Part shown: piece by piece, positions 1-12,744 of the stretch
Position numbering within the stretch: the first letter of the stretch is position 1
Layout of the letters: every line of letters begins with the position of its first letter
Assembly (NCBI RefSeq): GCF_006345805.1
Contig: NC_042998.1
Coordinates: 62,744,001 to 62,808,000 of the forward strand
Length of the DNA stretch: 64,000 nt
Direction: 5' to 3'
Source: Octopus sinensis
Taxonomy: Eukaryota
Position numbers and translations under genes: made by a program
The notes under the pieces: generated by a model
Database searches by the model: none
Told to the model about the DNA's origin: nothing
What the model saw: only the letters and a program-made list of their open reading frames with translations

Positions 1-312
1 TAATGACCAACAGCATTCCGACTATGACCGTTCCGGTTTTACGAACATTTAAGGTTACAATATATAGTGTAGTTACATCTTTATATCTTTAGATTTGTAT
101 GTGTACCTATATAAGTATATATATCACGAAATCATATCAGGGACCAGGTCGCGGTTGGTGTGAAGGGAATTTTGAGATAAAAAGAACAAATGTTTACGTG
201 AAGTTGACATTCATTGCGTATTAGTTAATGGCTAATATGTATCATCCACGCTAGGGTTATTTATTTTCAACACACGGTGTCTGTGATCACATCGTTTGCA
301 TATGTGTATGTA

Positions 313-314
313 TT

Positions 315-411
<97 letters not shown>

Positions 412-440
412 ATGTGTGTGTGTGTTTGTATGTGTGTGTG
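313..440. repeat. Compound (TA)n(TG)n microsatellite
   Basis: Directly visible dinucleotide runs. Confidence 0.95.
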
Positions 441-442
441 AA

Positions 443-748
443 GGCGCGTGGCTTAGTGGTTAGGGCATTCGGCTCAAGGTCGTAAGGTCATGAGTTCAAT
501 TCCTGGCGGCGCGTTGTGTCCTTGCGCAAGACACTTTATTTCATGTTGCTCCAGTCCATTCAGCTGGCAAAAATGAGTAGTACCTGTATTCCAAGGAGCC
601 AACCTTGTCACGCTGAATCTCCCCGAGAACTACGTTAAAGGTACACGAGTCTGTGGAGTGCTCAGCCACTTGCACGTTAATTTCACGAGCAGGCTCTTCC
701 GTTCATCGTATCAGCTGGGACCCTCGTCGTCGTAACTGATGGAGTGTT
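443..748 (+). mobile_element. tRNA-derived SINE, family E
   Basis: Head GGCGCGTGGCTTAGTGG (A box) and GAGTTCAATTCC (B box). CORE-like TGTCCTTG.GCAAGACAC segment. Tail shared with 49156-49430 and family D. Confidence 0.85.
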
Positions 749-762
749 CCTACTCAGGTGGC

Positions 763-1167
763 GGCGCAATGGCCTAGTGGTTAGGGCAGCGGGCTCGCGG
801 TCGTAGGATCGTGATTTCAATTCCCAGACCGGGCGTTAAGAGTATTTATTGAGTAAAAATTCTAAAGCTCCACAAGGCTCCGACAGGAAGTGGTGACGAA
901 TCCTGCTGTAATCTTTCACCACAACTTCCTCTCACTCTTTCTTCAAGTTTCTGTTGTACCTGTATACCTATTTCTTTATTACCCACAAGGGGCTAAACAC
1001 AGAGGGGACAAACAAGGACAGACCAAAGGGCCAGCCTTGTCACATTCTGTGTCACGTTGAATCTCGCCGAGAACTACGTGTCTGTGAAGTGCTCAGCCAT
1101 TTGCACGTTAATTTCACGAGCAGGCTGATCAACTGGAACCCTCGTCGTCGTAACCGACGGAGTGCCA
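763..1167 (+). mobile_element. tRNA(Arg)-like SINE, family D (OR-type), with a 58-nt foreign insert at ~966-1023
   Basis: GGCGCAATGGCCTAGTGGTTAGGGCAGCGGGCTCGCGG head. Homologous to 16291, 58678 (minus) and 59745. Confidence 0.85.
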
Positions 1168-1168
1168 C

Positions 1169-1222
<54 letters not shown>

Positions 1223-1371
1223 GCAAATGATGTGATAAGAGGCACCGTGTGGGCGTGTGGATGTGTCTGTATGTGTGCTGATTTGAAGAAAAATAGTTGC
1301 TATTTTTAATAAGTGGAGTGACAACGTAGAGGTTCCTTCTTTAGTTTGTTTTCTTATTTGTATGTTTATAG

Positions 1372-1475
1372 ATTTCCAACCTCTTTTATCGGGAAGCGGA
1401 TTCAGTGACCCTTTCCACCCAAGGCGGCCGCAGAATTCCATCTCACCGAACAGTGTTTATATCACGAAGCGATAG
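1372..1475 (+). CDS. Candidate terminal coding exon of an unidentified host gene (..FQPLLSGSGFSDPFHPRRPQNSISPNSVYITKR*)
   Basis: T-rich tract ending TTTATAG (AG 1370-1371), open frame from TTC 1374 to TAG 1473-1475, locally higher GC, AATAAA at 1501-1506. No recognised homology. Confidence 0.3.
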
Positions 1476-2337
1476 TCAGATATCTAGTTAGGTACTTTGT
1501 AATAAAATAAATAACAGCTGACATAACGTATCCAGAAGTGATTTGATTGAAGTTTCAGTAATTCCGTTTCCTCGGGATTATGTATATGATGTATATTATT
1601 GCGACGTATTTGAATTATCATTAACAAAAAAGAGGTCGTCTTGAAAAGTCTGTTTCTGTTTGATATGTTCAAACCTGGAAGTCATCCGATAGTTTGAGTG
1701 CTACACTTTCACAAGATTTGGAAATATAAATGTGCACTGGTAAGCTTTGGAAAACTGGTAGAGAAAAAGGGATGATAACTTATGGAACAAAACCATTATC
1801 GAAATGGTTAGGGAAAAACACTGATAATAACGCATCACCAACTGTACAAGTTTTATTGTGGCATAAATTGTTGAGTGCTGCAGTGCAAAGAACATCCCCT
1901 CCAGTGAGTCATGACCAAGTCTGATTGCTATAACTAGTTGAAAGTATTTCACTTATCTAACTCCATTTTACTCATCTCGTTTGTTCTCCACCCCTTCAGC
2001 TTTACCCTTAAGGGAAAACACTGTCTCAATGAAAACCAGTTTTTAGATGTCCTAAAGCAATGAGTCAGCAGAAATCCGTAATAAAAGCTACAAATGATGC
2101 TTGCTTGTAACCAATCATTTAGTCGCTCAAAGTAATTGGAAAAACAGCAAGAGTTTGGTATTTCGCGTGGAACGTACCGAATAGTATAGTATCGAATATG
2201 AAGCGAGAACATTGAATACAACTGTAGAAGATAACAAAATTCATTCGAGAATAATTTCAATAAGCGATTTGCTTATTAAAAGTTGGCTGTGTAGGATTAA
2301 GTTCCAGCTTCACTTCTGAGTTATAACCATGCTACAT

Positions 2338-2967
2338 TCTTTTCTACTCTAGGGACAAAGCCTAAAATTTTGGGGTAGGGGGACAGTCGATTAGATCAGC
2401 CCCAGTACGCAACTGGTGCTTAATTTTATCGACCTCGAAAGTATGAAAGGCAAAGTCGACTCGGCATAATTTGAACTCTCAAGTAAAGACAGACAAAATA
2501 CCTATTTCTTTACTGCCCACAAGGGGCTACACACAGAGGGGACAAACAAGGACAGACAAACGGATTAAGTCGATTATATTGACCCCGGTGCGTAACTGGT
2601 ACTTAATTTATCGACCCCGAAAGGATGAAAGGGAAACTTGACCTCGGCTGAATTTGAACTCAGAACGTAACGGCAGACGAAATACGGCTACGCATTTCGC
2701 CCGGCGTGCTAACGTTTCTGCCAGCTTGCCGCCTTAAAATCGCAAACATATTCTTTTCTACTCTAAGCACAAACCTGAAATTTTGGGGCAGGGGGACAGT
2801 TCATTAGATCAGTCTCAGTACGCAGCTGGGACTTAATTTTTAGAACTCAAAAGGATGAAAGGCAAAGTCAACCTCGACGGAATTTGAACTCAGAACGTAA
2901 AGACAGACGAAATACCGTAAAGTATTTCGCCCAGTGTGCTAACATTTTTGCCAGCTCGCCGCCTTAA
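2338..2967 (-). mobile_element. Three co-oriented SINE family A modules
   Basis: Reverse complement of GGCGGCGAGCTGGCAGAAACGTTAGCACG...GAGTTCAAATTCCGCCGAGGTCGACTTTGCCTTTCATCCTTTCGGGGTCGATAAATTAAGTACCAG repeated three times. The central part resembles the Meta/RUDI-type SINE domain (recall). Confidence 0.85.
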
Positions 2968-3254
2968 TAACAATGTCACATTAACTACAAATACTTATGG
3001 GGGAATAGAAAATTCCTCAAAATATTTCTAATGCGAAGAAAATTGGTACTAATAATATATAAAGTCCACTGGATCAACAATGTCTGACTCCTAAAATATT
3101 GGCTTTTTGCCTAAGTTTTAAAGGAATTATAATTGTTGGCAAGTTATTGGATAGTTGTGCTGAGTCCTGCGAGGAAGTTGTTGCTTCTGAAGTGAACTGG
3201 AGAATATACTTCTGGGCATAGGGCATAAGCTGGAGTAGAAGTGAGAGGAAGAGA

Positions 3255-3302
<48 letters not shown>

Positions 3303-3395
3303 AGAGAGCACCAAACACCAACTGGGTTTAGCCTGGTGTAAGATAATATATACACACATACATACATGAATAAATACATGCATACATACATATTC

Positions 3396-3438
<43 letters not shown>

Positions 3439-4906
3439 CAGTAATTGCCGGTTGCATACACACAAAATGAATATGCAAGCCAAACAAATATAACGAGTAC
3501 AGCACACACTTTCCGTCAACACCATCGCACGTCGATGCCATACACACTTCATACGTTACACCTACCAAGCGCACTAAACTACTAAACGAAATACGACTCA
3601 GTCATCACATTCTGTCACCACACACTAACACGATTCCCAATAACCACATAAACCAGCTTAACCGCCCAGACACAACATATACACCACATTCACATAGATC
3701 ACACGGTGCACATTCGCAAAACAACAATAAGAACAACAAGACAAACCAAAAAACAAGAAAACTTACAGAGTTTTCTTTTTGTTTTGCAGAAATACCCTCC
3801 ACACCATACTAGCACTCACCACTTTGTATCTTATATGCTGTTTAATATATACGTACACATATATACATCTGTACGATGACTTACGTCAAGACATTTCATA
3901 TAAAAACAAAAAACAAAAATGCGCATGCGTAAATAGACATAAATACACATACATAGAAACCTATATGAATATAAATTCTCACACATAGAAACACATTAAC
4001 CCATGTGTTAGGCTTATCCTTTCGTTAATCAGACAGTGTTCCAAACATCATACATTACTGTATATTAACATTTCACTTGTCCATGATCTGCTCCAGGTGA
4101 AAAACCCGGTTTGAGAAAGAGTAAAAGGAAATAATTATATTTCCTTTCATTAATGTTTAATACACTCTATCCTAAGCGTTTCACCAGTTTAAGTTGTAGG
4201 AAATAAATTTGGAACAAAGTGGAAAGATTAACTTAATAAGGCTATTGATTGACCACAAATGTTACTTAAATGGATAAAACTGTATTTTCTCCACTCTCAT
4301 TTCTGCAATACTGGAGGGGATAGAAAGAAAAAGTTTTAGGAAGTTTTAACCATTGTCTATTATGGTCATTTTACACAGGATAGAATCAATTTTCTAAAAC
4401 TAAATAAGACGATCATGTTAAACGACTCCAGACAACGAGTGGTATATTGAGTTGTTCAAATTGTATCAGTAGCGCTGTCTGATATATAAAGCCGAGATAT
4501 TTGACTTCTGAAGCTCAGACGATGCTCCCCCCTCCCTGAATATTATTAACATAAACTTGAAAATCAATTGACATCAATCAGAAATTGAAACAAAGTTACA
4601 GACAGTTTTCATTACAATAAAATATTTAGGTATTGGGTTCAAAATAAGGGTGAATACCTCTTTTGTCTTAGGGGTTGTCACTGAAATATCTTACTACGTA
4701 CTATGTATCAGGGACCGTTATGTTATTTGCCTAAGGAATATCATTGTGAGACTAGGGAGTATTCGTGTGGTTTAAGGAGTAGTTATACTCTGTGTCTAAT
4801 GAGTATCAGAAGTGCAAAATCATGGTCTGCCTCTAAAGAACCGAAAACGTGTTTAGAGAGACGTCAAGTCGTGTGTTTAAGGAGTTATCATTATGAGTGA
4901 CTATGC

Positions 4907-5090
4907 GCTGGCAAAATCGTTAGCATACCGGGCAAAATGCTTTACGGCATTTCATCTATCTTTAGCCGAGATTGAATTTGCCTTTCATCCTTTGGGATCG
5001 ATAAATTAAGTACCAGTTGAATACTGGGGTCGATGTAATCGACTTAATCCCTCCACCAAATGTCCAGACCTTGTACCTATAGTAGAAAGG
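4907..5090 (+). mobile_element. SINE family A copy (degenerate)
   Basis: Same TTTGCCTTTCATCC...GTCGATAAATTAAGTACCAG core. Confidence 0.8.
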
Positions 5091-5616
5091 CTTATGAATG
5101 ACTAACAAGTATCATGTTGCTTCTCTAACGAACATCATGTGATATATCTAAGGAGTGCCCTGCTGTGTTGAAAACGTAGATCATCCTGTCCTCCTTATAA
5201 AATATATTCCTACCTAAACAAATAGTATTGATTTTTCCCAATTGTTATAATTGCTGGAATGAATGAAAGAGACCCCAATATTTGACTGGCACTTCACTTC
5301 ATTCGTCTCTGTTCTGGAAAGGACGAAAGATAAAGTTGATCCTAGTAGGATTTGAATTCAGAGCTTAAAAAGACGTAACCAAATACAGTAAAATATTTTG
5401 TTCGGCGCACTGACGCTATCCAATCTACTACTCTAACTTAATATTTAATATCATCATGATAATATCACATTTACTGTGTTGTGTCCTACATTCTTTAAAA
5501 ACAATGGGGTAACACATCTCTAAACACTTCTCTGAAGGAAATCTTACATATCCCTGACTCATTGAATACACCGGAAAAGCAATCCCACTCGGTCTAGTCT
5601 AACAATGGCTGCCAGC

Positions 5617-6675
5617 TTACTGACTGGGTTAACAGTGACTCTCAACCTATTTATGGGGATAACAGTGACACTCAATCTAGTTACTGGGCTAATAGTGACT
5701 CGTCAGCTATTCGCTAGAACGGCAGTAACTATTTACCAATTTACTGGGCTAACTGACGCCCAGTCTAGCTATTTGGGCAAACAACGGCTCTTCACCTATT
5801 TACTGGGATAACAATGACTCACAAGATAGTGACGATTCATTTATTTTTAGAGCTAATAGTGACTCTCCATTTATTTACTGGGCCAACACTGGCTCTCAGA
5901 ATATTTACCGGGTTAACGGGACCAATCAATCTACTTACTCAGTTAACTGGGACTCCCAATCAATGTATTCGGTTAACAGTGCCTCTCAAATTACAAACTG
6001 AGCTAACAGTGTGGCACTTATTCTACTTATTAGACTAATAGAAAGGTTCATTTTATTTATTACGCTAACAGTAACTTCCAGTGAATTCAATTGACTCACA
6101 ATGACTCTCAACCCATCTATTTGAACTAGTATTGACTCTCTGCCAATTCAATGGGCTAACAACGATTCTTAATACATGGCTAAAAGTCACTATCAACTTA
6201 CTCATTGAGTTAACAGTGACACTTAACCTATTTACTGTGACTTGCAAACTAGTTATTGGGATAATAGTGACTCGTAACCTATTTACAGTGCCTCTTTACC
6301 TATTTAAAAGGGATTTTCAATTTTCTTATTGGGAAAGCAGAGCCTTTACGTTCATCTGAGGTGGCTTTCAGCGTTGTGGGGCTAATAATGATTCCACCTG
6401 TTTACAGTAACTGTCTGGGTAACAACCTATACATTGAGTCAATAGTGACTCTTAAATTACTTATGCTGACTCATTATACTCACTGAGCTAACCGGGGTTA
6501 TCTACATATTAAACCTACCAACTAGGTTAACTAAGACTCTCAACCAAATTACGAGTTTAACTACAACTCTGAAACTACTAAATAGGTTAATGATTTTGTT
6601 TTACCCATTTACCGGGTTAACACTAACCCTCAACCTTCATACACATTGCCAACTCTGAGTCACAACCTATAACCA
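5617..6675. repeat. Degenerate 30-bp minisatellite
   Basis: Units such as ACTGGGTTAACAGTGACTCTCAACCTATTT (5623-5652) and ATGGGGATAACAGTGACACTCAATCTAGTT recur at 30-nt period, with drift. Confidence 0.8.
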
Positions 6676-7678
6676 ATGCAGTGTCAGAAGTCTCAAAAAT
6701 CTATATTTAAAGTAACAATAATGTGAATATATTATTCTGCCTTCATCAATAGATAAGTGAATCAATAAGAAAATTCTGGAAAGAAAGATGGTTGCCAGAT
6801 ATGCTTAATGTTTGTTCTAATACACTAACTTGTATTGACATCAATTTTATAGTCTGTCAGTTCGGGCCGGAGAATGTGTGCCAAAGATGTACGCATTTCA
6901 GAACGTGTTCAGATGTCATTGGGGAGAAAAGGATTTTCTTCAATAAATACTTTTCGTTTGCTCAACACGAACAATAATTCACAATAGCGAGAGAATATCT
7001 TTTATTCATTAAGTTACATATTACGTCAGTTGAATACTAAACGCTTGGCTCCTTTCATTGTGCAAAGACAGATAAGCGGAGGAGACAAGAGAGAAACAGA
7101 AAGGAAAAGAAAGAAGAACAAAAGAAAGAGATAGAGAGAGTGAGAGAGTGAGAGAGTGAGAGTGAAAATGACAGAAGGAGACGAAACTGAGAAGAGATGA
7201 AAGGAGACAAAGGAAAGAATAATGAAGTAAAGTGAATGAACAAGAAAACTACGAAAGAAATTAAGATGGGAACAACATTGTTTCTGATTTATCATTTGAA
7301 TCATCATTGAGACAGTACAAAAGAACAATTGTTACACATACAACTCTTAGCGTTCTGTTTTCCTCCATTCCAACTCATCGACTTGGCTCTCGTTTCTAAT
7401 GGCTAGCATTATTTAGTATTTAACGTAAGAGCCAAGAATGTGCAATGATTGACATCTAGGCTCTAGCCAGGCAACCATCAACTACTTTATTATCGCTCGG
7501 TCTATTTACATTCATTAAGTCGACACTAAGTGCATAGGAATTTGTGTGGCACGAAGTCGTAATGTGTCTCTTGGGAAATACCGTGAAAATAGAAGGAAGA
7601 GCTAATTACAATACTCAACCATTGCGGTCAGTTGTTTCGAGACAGATGAAATAAATAGTTTTTGTTAAACGAAATGGT

Positions 7679-7725
7679 GGACACACGCACGCGCGCGCAC
7701 ACACACACACACACACGCACACACG

Positions 7726-7805
<80 letters not shown>

Positions 7806-8026
7806 AAAGCACACCAACACCCACCTCAAACAACAAGCACATATACTCAGAAACAACCACACATAATATATATACATACATACAAACATATATATATATA
7901 TATAAATTTGTGTGTGTATACACGTACACGTACCTGAATACACAAACCTATAAATATATCCATACATCCACATACACACAGACACGTGCATATATACATC
8001 CATGATTACATACTAGCATACATACA

Positions 8027-8090
<64 letters not shown>

Positions 8091-8579
8091 TATATGAACA
8101 CACACACAAACTCATACACACACACATGCACACATACACATGCACACACACACACATATATGTATGTATGTATGTATTTATTCTGTTCTTGTCTTCATAT
8201 GAAAAAGTACTACAGATGTTGCATGTGCACATATGATTATATACTTAAAATATGTACATATGCATGCAAAGATATATGATTCATATATTCATGTGAGTTG
8301 TATGCATGCATATACGTATATATGCACGCATACACACGCACATATGTACACCCACACATATATACACACACATATATATATATATATACATAATACATAT
8401 ACATATATATATATATATGTATACATATGTACTATGTATATATATATATATGCAGACCTTACATATAAATATATCCATAATAATTATACATATATAGATA
8501 TACATGCATATACATATATATACATATACATATATACATATATATATATACATGTATATACATATATATATACATATGC

Positions 8580-8611
<32 letters not shown>

Positions 8612-8960
8612 GCATACATATACATAAATACATATATACACACACACATATATATATACATATATATACACATATATATGCATACATTTATACATATACA
8701 TATATATATATACACATATATACATACATATATACATACATATACATATGCATATATATATACATATAGATATGCATACATATACATACATACATGCATA
8801 TATACATATATATATATATATATATGACTGCATTCTAAAACATATATACAACTATTCTCCATACAAAGAATCACTCAACACACACACACGTGCACACATA
8901 CACACGCACATTCACATGCACACACACTCATCCGAGCACACACACACACACACCACACAC
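7679..8960. repeat. (CA)n, (TC)n, (TA)n and about 1 kb of cryptically simple TA/TACA/TGCA repeat
   Basis: Directly visible. Confidence 0.95.
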
Positions 8961-9094
8961 AGAGAGTCACGGGAGCACTCATACACGTATGTACACACGA
9001 AAGAAGACATGCATAAAAAAGACAATTACGCATGATATATTTCATTGTGTGCGGAAATGAAGAGAATGACATGAAGGAGATGGAGAGGGAGGGA

Positions 9095-9095
9095 A

Positions 9096-9138
<43 letters not shown>

Positions 9139-9267
9139 AAAGAAAGAAGAAAGAAAGAAGGAAAGAAGGACAGAAGGAACTGAGAAATGACAAGGAGGAA
9201 GCTAAAAGTCGAAAGACCTGAGACGAAGAGCAGCCACTGGAAAGAAATATTAATAATAATAATGATG

Positions 9268-9331
<64 letters not shown>

Positions 9332-9345
9332 CAGCAACAACAATA
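9095..9345. repeat. (GA)n-rich tract and (AAT)n/(CAA)n microsatellite
   Basis: Directly visible. Confidence 0.9.
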
Positions 9346-9874
9346 AATGAATGAATAAATAAATAATGGTTTGTGATGATGATGACTGGTTTAAAGAAGG
9401 CTTGAGAAGAAATTAGATATGTACATATATGACAATTAGCAGACAGGACAACGTAAATGTCCTTTCTGATAATAGTAATAAAAAATGTATTTCTATTGCA
9501 GATAACGACTTTCGCTTGGTGCTATGAACATATTTATGATAAAATCTTGAAATATATAGTGCCATTTGATTGATTATCAAATATATATTTTTGTGTATTG
9601 TTCAACTTATCTCCTGCTTTTTCTTTTCTTTTTGGTTGGCACTTTTATTTCATTTTTCTTTCATTCATATTTTTTGCCTTTTTTGTCTTGTTTTCTTTTA
9701 TTATTGCGTGTTTTCCTTTTCAGTAACTCACACATTAAAATTAACACGTAGTATCGAGAGATTTTATTACTCTACAATATATAATAAAGTCTATTTTTCT
9801 TACCGATATACGGACGATATTAAAATTGAATGGGTTGTTAAATGGAGGAAAAAAAAAAGAAGGAAAAACGACAA

Positions 9875-9919
<45 letters not shown>

Positions 9920-10071
9920 TTCAAATATAAATAGCCAATTTGACTGGAGAGAGAGAATATAATGTAATATTATAGAAAATAGAATCTAAAAGCGGTTGAT
10001 GGAAGAATGTCTTTAAGAAGCAGTGGAAACAGTATTGAAAAATTTGCAGGTTGTTGCTGTTCCTGTTTATC

Positions 10072-10685
10072 AAGGCGGCGAGCTGGCAGAAACGTTAGCA
10101 CGCCGGTCGAAATGCGTAGTCGTATTTCGTCTGCCGTTACTTTCTGAGTTCAAATTCCGCCGAGGTCGACTTTGCCTTTCACCCTTTCGGGGTCGATAAA
10201 TTAAGTACCAGTTACGCATTGGAGTCGATATAATCGACTTAATCCGTTTCTCTGTACTTGTTTGTCTTCTCTATGTTTAGCCCCTTGTCGGTAGTAAAGA
10301 AATAGGTATTTCGTCTGCCGCTACGTTCTGAGTTCAAATTCCTCTGAGGTCGACTTTGCCTTTCATCCATTCGGGGTCGATTAAATAAGTACCAGTTACG
10401 CACTGGTGTCGATATAATCGACTTAATCAATCTGTCTGTCCTTGTTTGTCCCTTCTGTGTGTAGCCACTTGTTGGCAGTAAAGAAATAAGAAAGGTTAGC
10501 ACGCCGGGCGAAATGCTTAGCTGTGTTTCGTCTGTTTTTACGTCTGTCTATACGTTCTGAGTTCAAATTCCGCGGAGACCAACTTTGCCTTACATTCTTT
10601 TGGGGTCGATAAAATTAAGTACCAGTTGCGAAATCGTCTGACCCCTGCTCCCAAATTTCGGGCCTTGTGACTAGAGTAGAGAAAG
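10072..10685 (+). mobile_element. Three co-oriented SINE family A modules
   Basis: Core repeated at ~10140, ~10325 and ~10555. Confidence 0.85.
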
Positions 10686-11388
10686 AAAAGTTATTCCTGT
10701 TTATCTTCGAACCGATTCTGATCGAACAGACTTGTGTATCTCCCCGAGAGCTACGTTAAGGGTGCACGTGTCTGTGAATCAACTGGAACCCTCGTCGTCG
10801 TAACCAACGGAGAGCCACGATAACTAGTAATACATTGTCCAATACTTTTTAAGTTTAAGGAGAGTGCTTCTGTTGGAACTCAGCTGCTACTTTTAGCACT
10901 AACGATTAACTGAACATGAAGTTGGATCGTGTCTACATATAATCTACGATTTTGGGCAATTTAACATTAGTACAACTGATGCAGATATGTCCATAATTAA
11001 CGTTGCTGGAATCGTTGAGTCATTGTTAAGCGCTGGATAGATAAAACTTAGTGGGAGGCCGTATGAAGGCCACATGACTTAAGAATGAATGTCAGACAAT
11101 CTTTGTTATGTAACACTAAACTTGACTCGGACAACAACGTGTTGAGCGTCAGTGAAAAGAAGTCAAATCGACATCCTTACAGTACCATAACAATCACAAG
11201 ACCACCCTGTCATACAGACACACACACAGACACGCACGCGCACGCACACACACACACACACACACACACCACACACACACACACACACACCAGTTTGCAC
11301 ACAAAATATTTCTAGCAAAATAGTAAGTTCATAAATAATAGTTCATCATTTAGTTTAAGTGAACTAGTCAATCTATATCATTATTTGC

Positions 11389-11425
<37 letters not shown>

Positions 11426-11439
11426 AGAGGAAATTTAAA

Positions 11440-12560
11440 TCTAGGGGAAAAAAATCAACAGATTAGTAGTAATTAATGTCTCAATGAGATTTTTCCTAAA
11501 TTTATTAAGAGTGTGGCCACGACAGCTATGAGATATTCCCAACCCATCGTCTCAATACAGACCAACGTTATGGTATGGGAACTTGGATATCAGTGTATTT
11601 AAAATAAAGAAATCCACAAGATCGCAGATGTCTGCACTGTAATACGATCCCATCAATACATCAAACAACTCATCAGAATCTAGCTGTTTAACCTATGCTG
11701 AGCTCTTACTAAATAGAAAAGGTTTTCTCATGTCTATTTGGTCTATATCCTCCTACGCTTTTGCAATCTCTGTCGCTTTATCTAGAAATGACCTCGACAT
11801 AGGGATAAAAATCAATAATGTCAAATTGAGTGACTCTAGCTCTATGCTTATCCTTCATATTCCTAAACCAATTTTTCGCATTGCTGGTATAACCCCGTTG
11901 TTGTTGTTGTTTAACTGTCTCTCTAATTCTGATATTAATCTTCCCTAGCATTTTTTTTAGCTACTAAGCCCGTTTCCTTCCTCGCTGGGTTTAAAAGTCA
12001 ACAAGTAGGCTTATTACTGAAATTGGGTTTGTAATCTTTTAGAGTATTAAAAGATTCACGTTTAGCTAATCATTCTACCCTATCCTCAATTTTACTCAGT
12101 TTAGAAAGAAATTTAGCCTCATTGTTAATATCACTGTATCTATTTAGCAGATATAGCGTCGTGTAAGAATTTATCATGTAAATCGTTATTACTTCAAGCA
12201 GGTTATTAGTCTTATCTGAAAATGCAAATTTGCCTTTAGAACTTCTGAAATTTCTAATATCAGATTTTAGTTTAGCTTAAAAATGTTTATAGTATTTAGG
12301 AAATCTCATATTAGTTACCAAATCAAAAGGGTTTGCTTCAAAAGGAGCTAAATCTTTTATCTTATGACTTTTCAAATTATAACGTTCCCTGAAAGCAGAT
12401 GTTAGCAATGAATCAAGAAATTAAGCCTTCCATCTCATCCGTCGCACGAGCTCTTCAAATTTCTCTAGAACATCCTGCAGTATAGTTTATTTGCTGATAT
12501 AGGCTTGGTATAAATTGCTTTAAGATACGTGGCGTATTTTACAAATATACCACTTTAGGT
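11440..12560 (-). pseudogene. Decayed Penelope-like element (PLE) reverse transcriptase
   Basis: Manual translation gives ELVRRMRWKA, SDKTNNL, KDYKPNFSNKPTC.LLNPA, QFDIIDFYP, FDVLMGSYYSADICDLV and VGLY*DDGLG (YRDD active site). Many stops and frameshifts. No GIY-YIG part seen. Confidence 0.85.
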
Positions 12561-12744
12561 ATCTTAAAGGCATGAAACTCTTAGTATCTCTTTCGGTTGT
12601 GTATTTAAACTGATGGTTATCTCTTTTTTGTTGATCCTACCTCCTTTAGATCTTTAAACTATATATATATATATATATTATATATATATATATATATATA
12701 GATGTGTGTGTGTGTGTGTGTGTGTGTGCATGTATGTGCGTGCG

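Noticed and set aside
7615-9072. Many overlapping ORFs rich in Y/I/H/T/C/V/M (also 20.1-21.2, 29.1-29.9, 35.4-35.8, 38.3-38.6, 58.1-58.6 and 62.1-62.6 kb)
   Set aside because: They are translations of TA/CA/TATG/TATC repeats, which lack stop codons.
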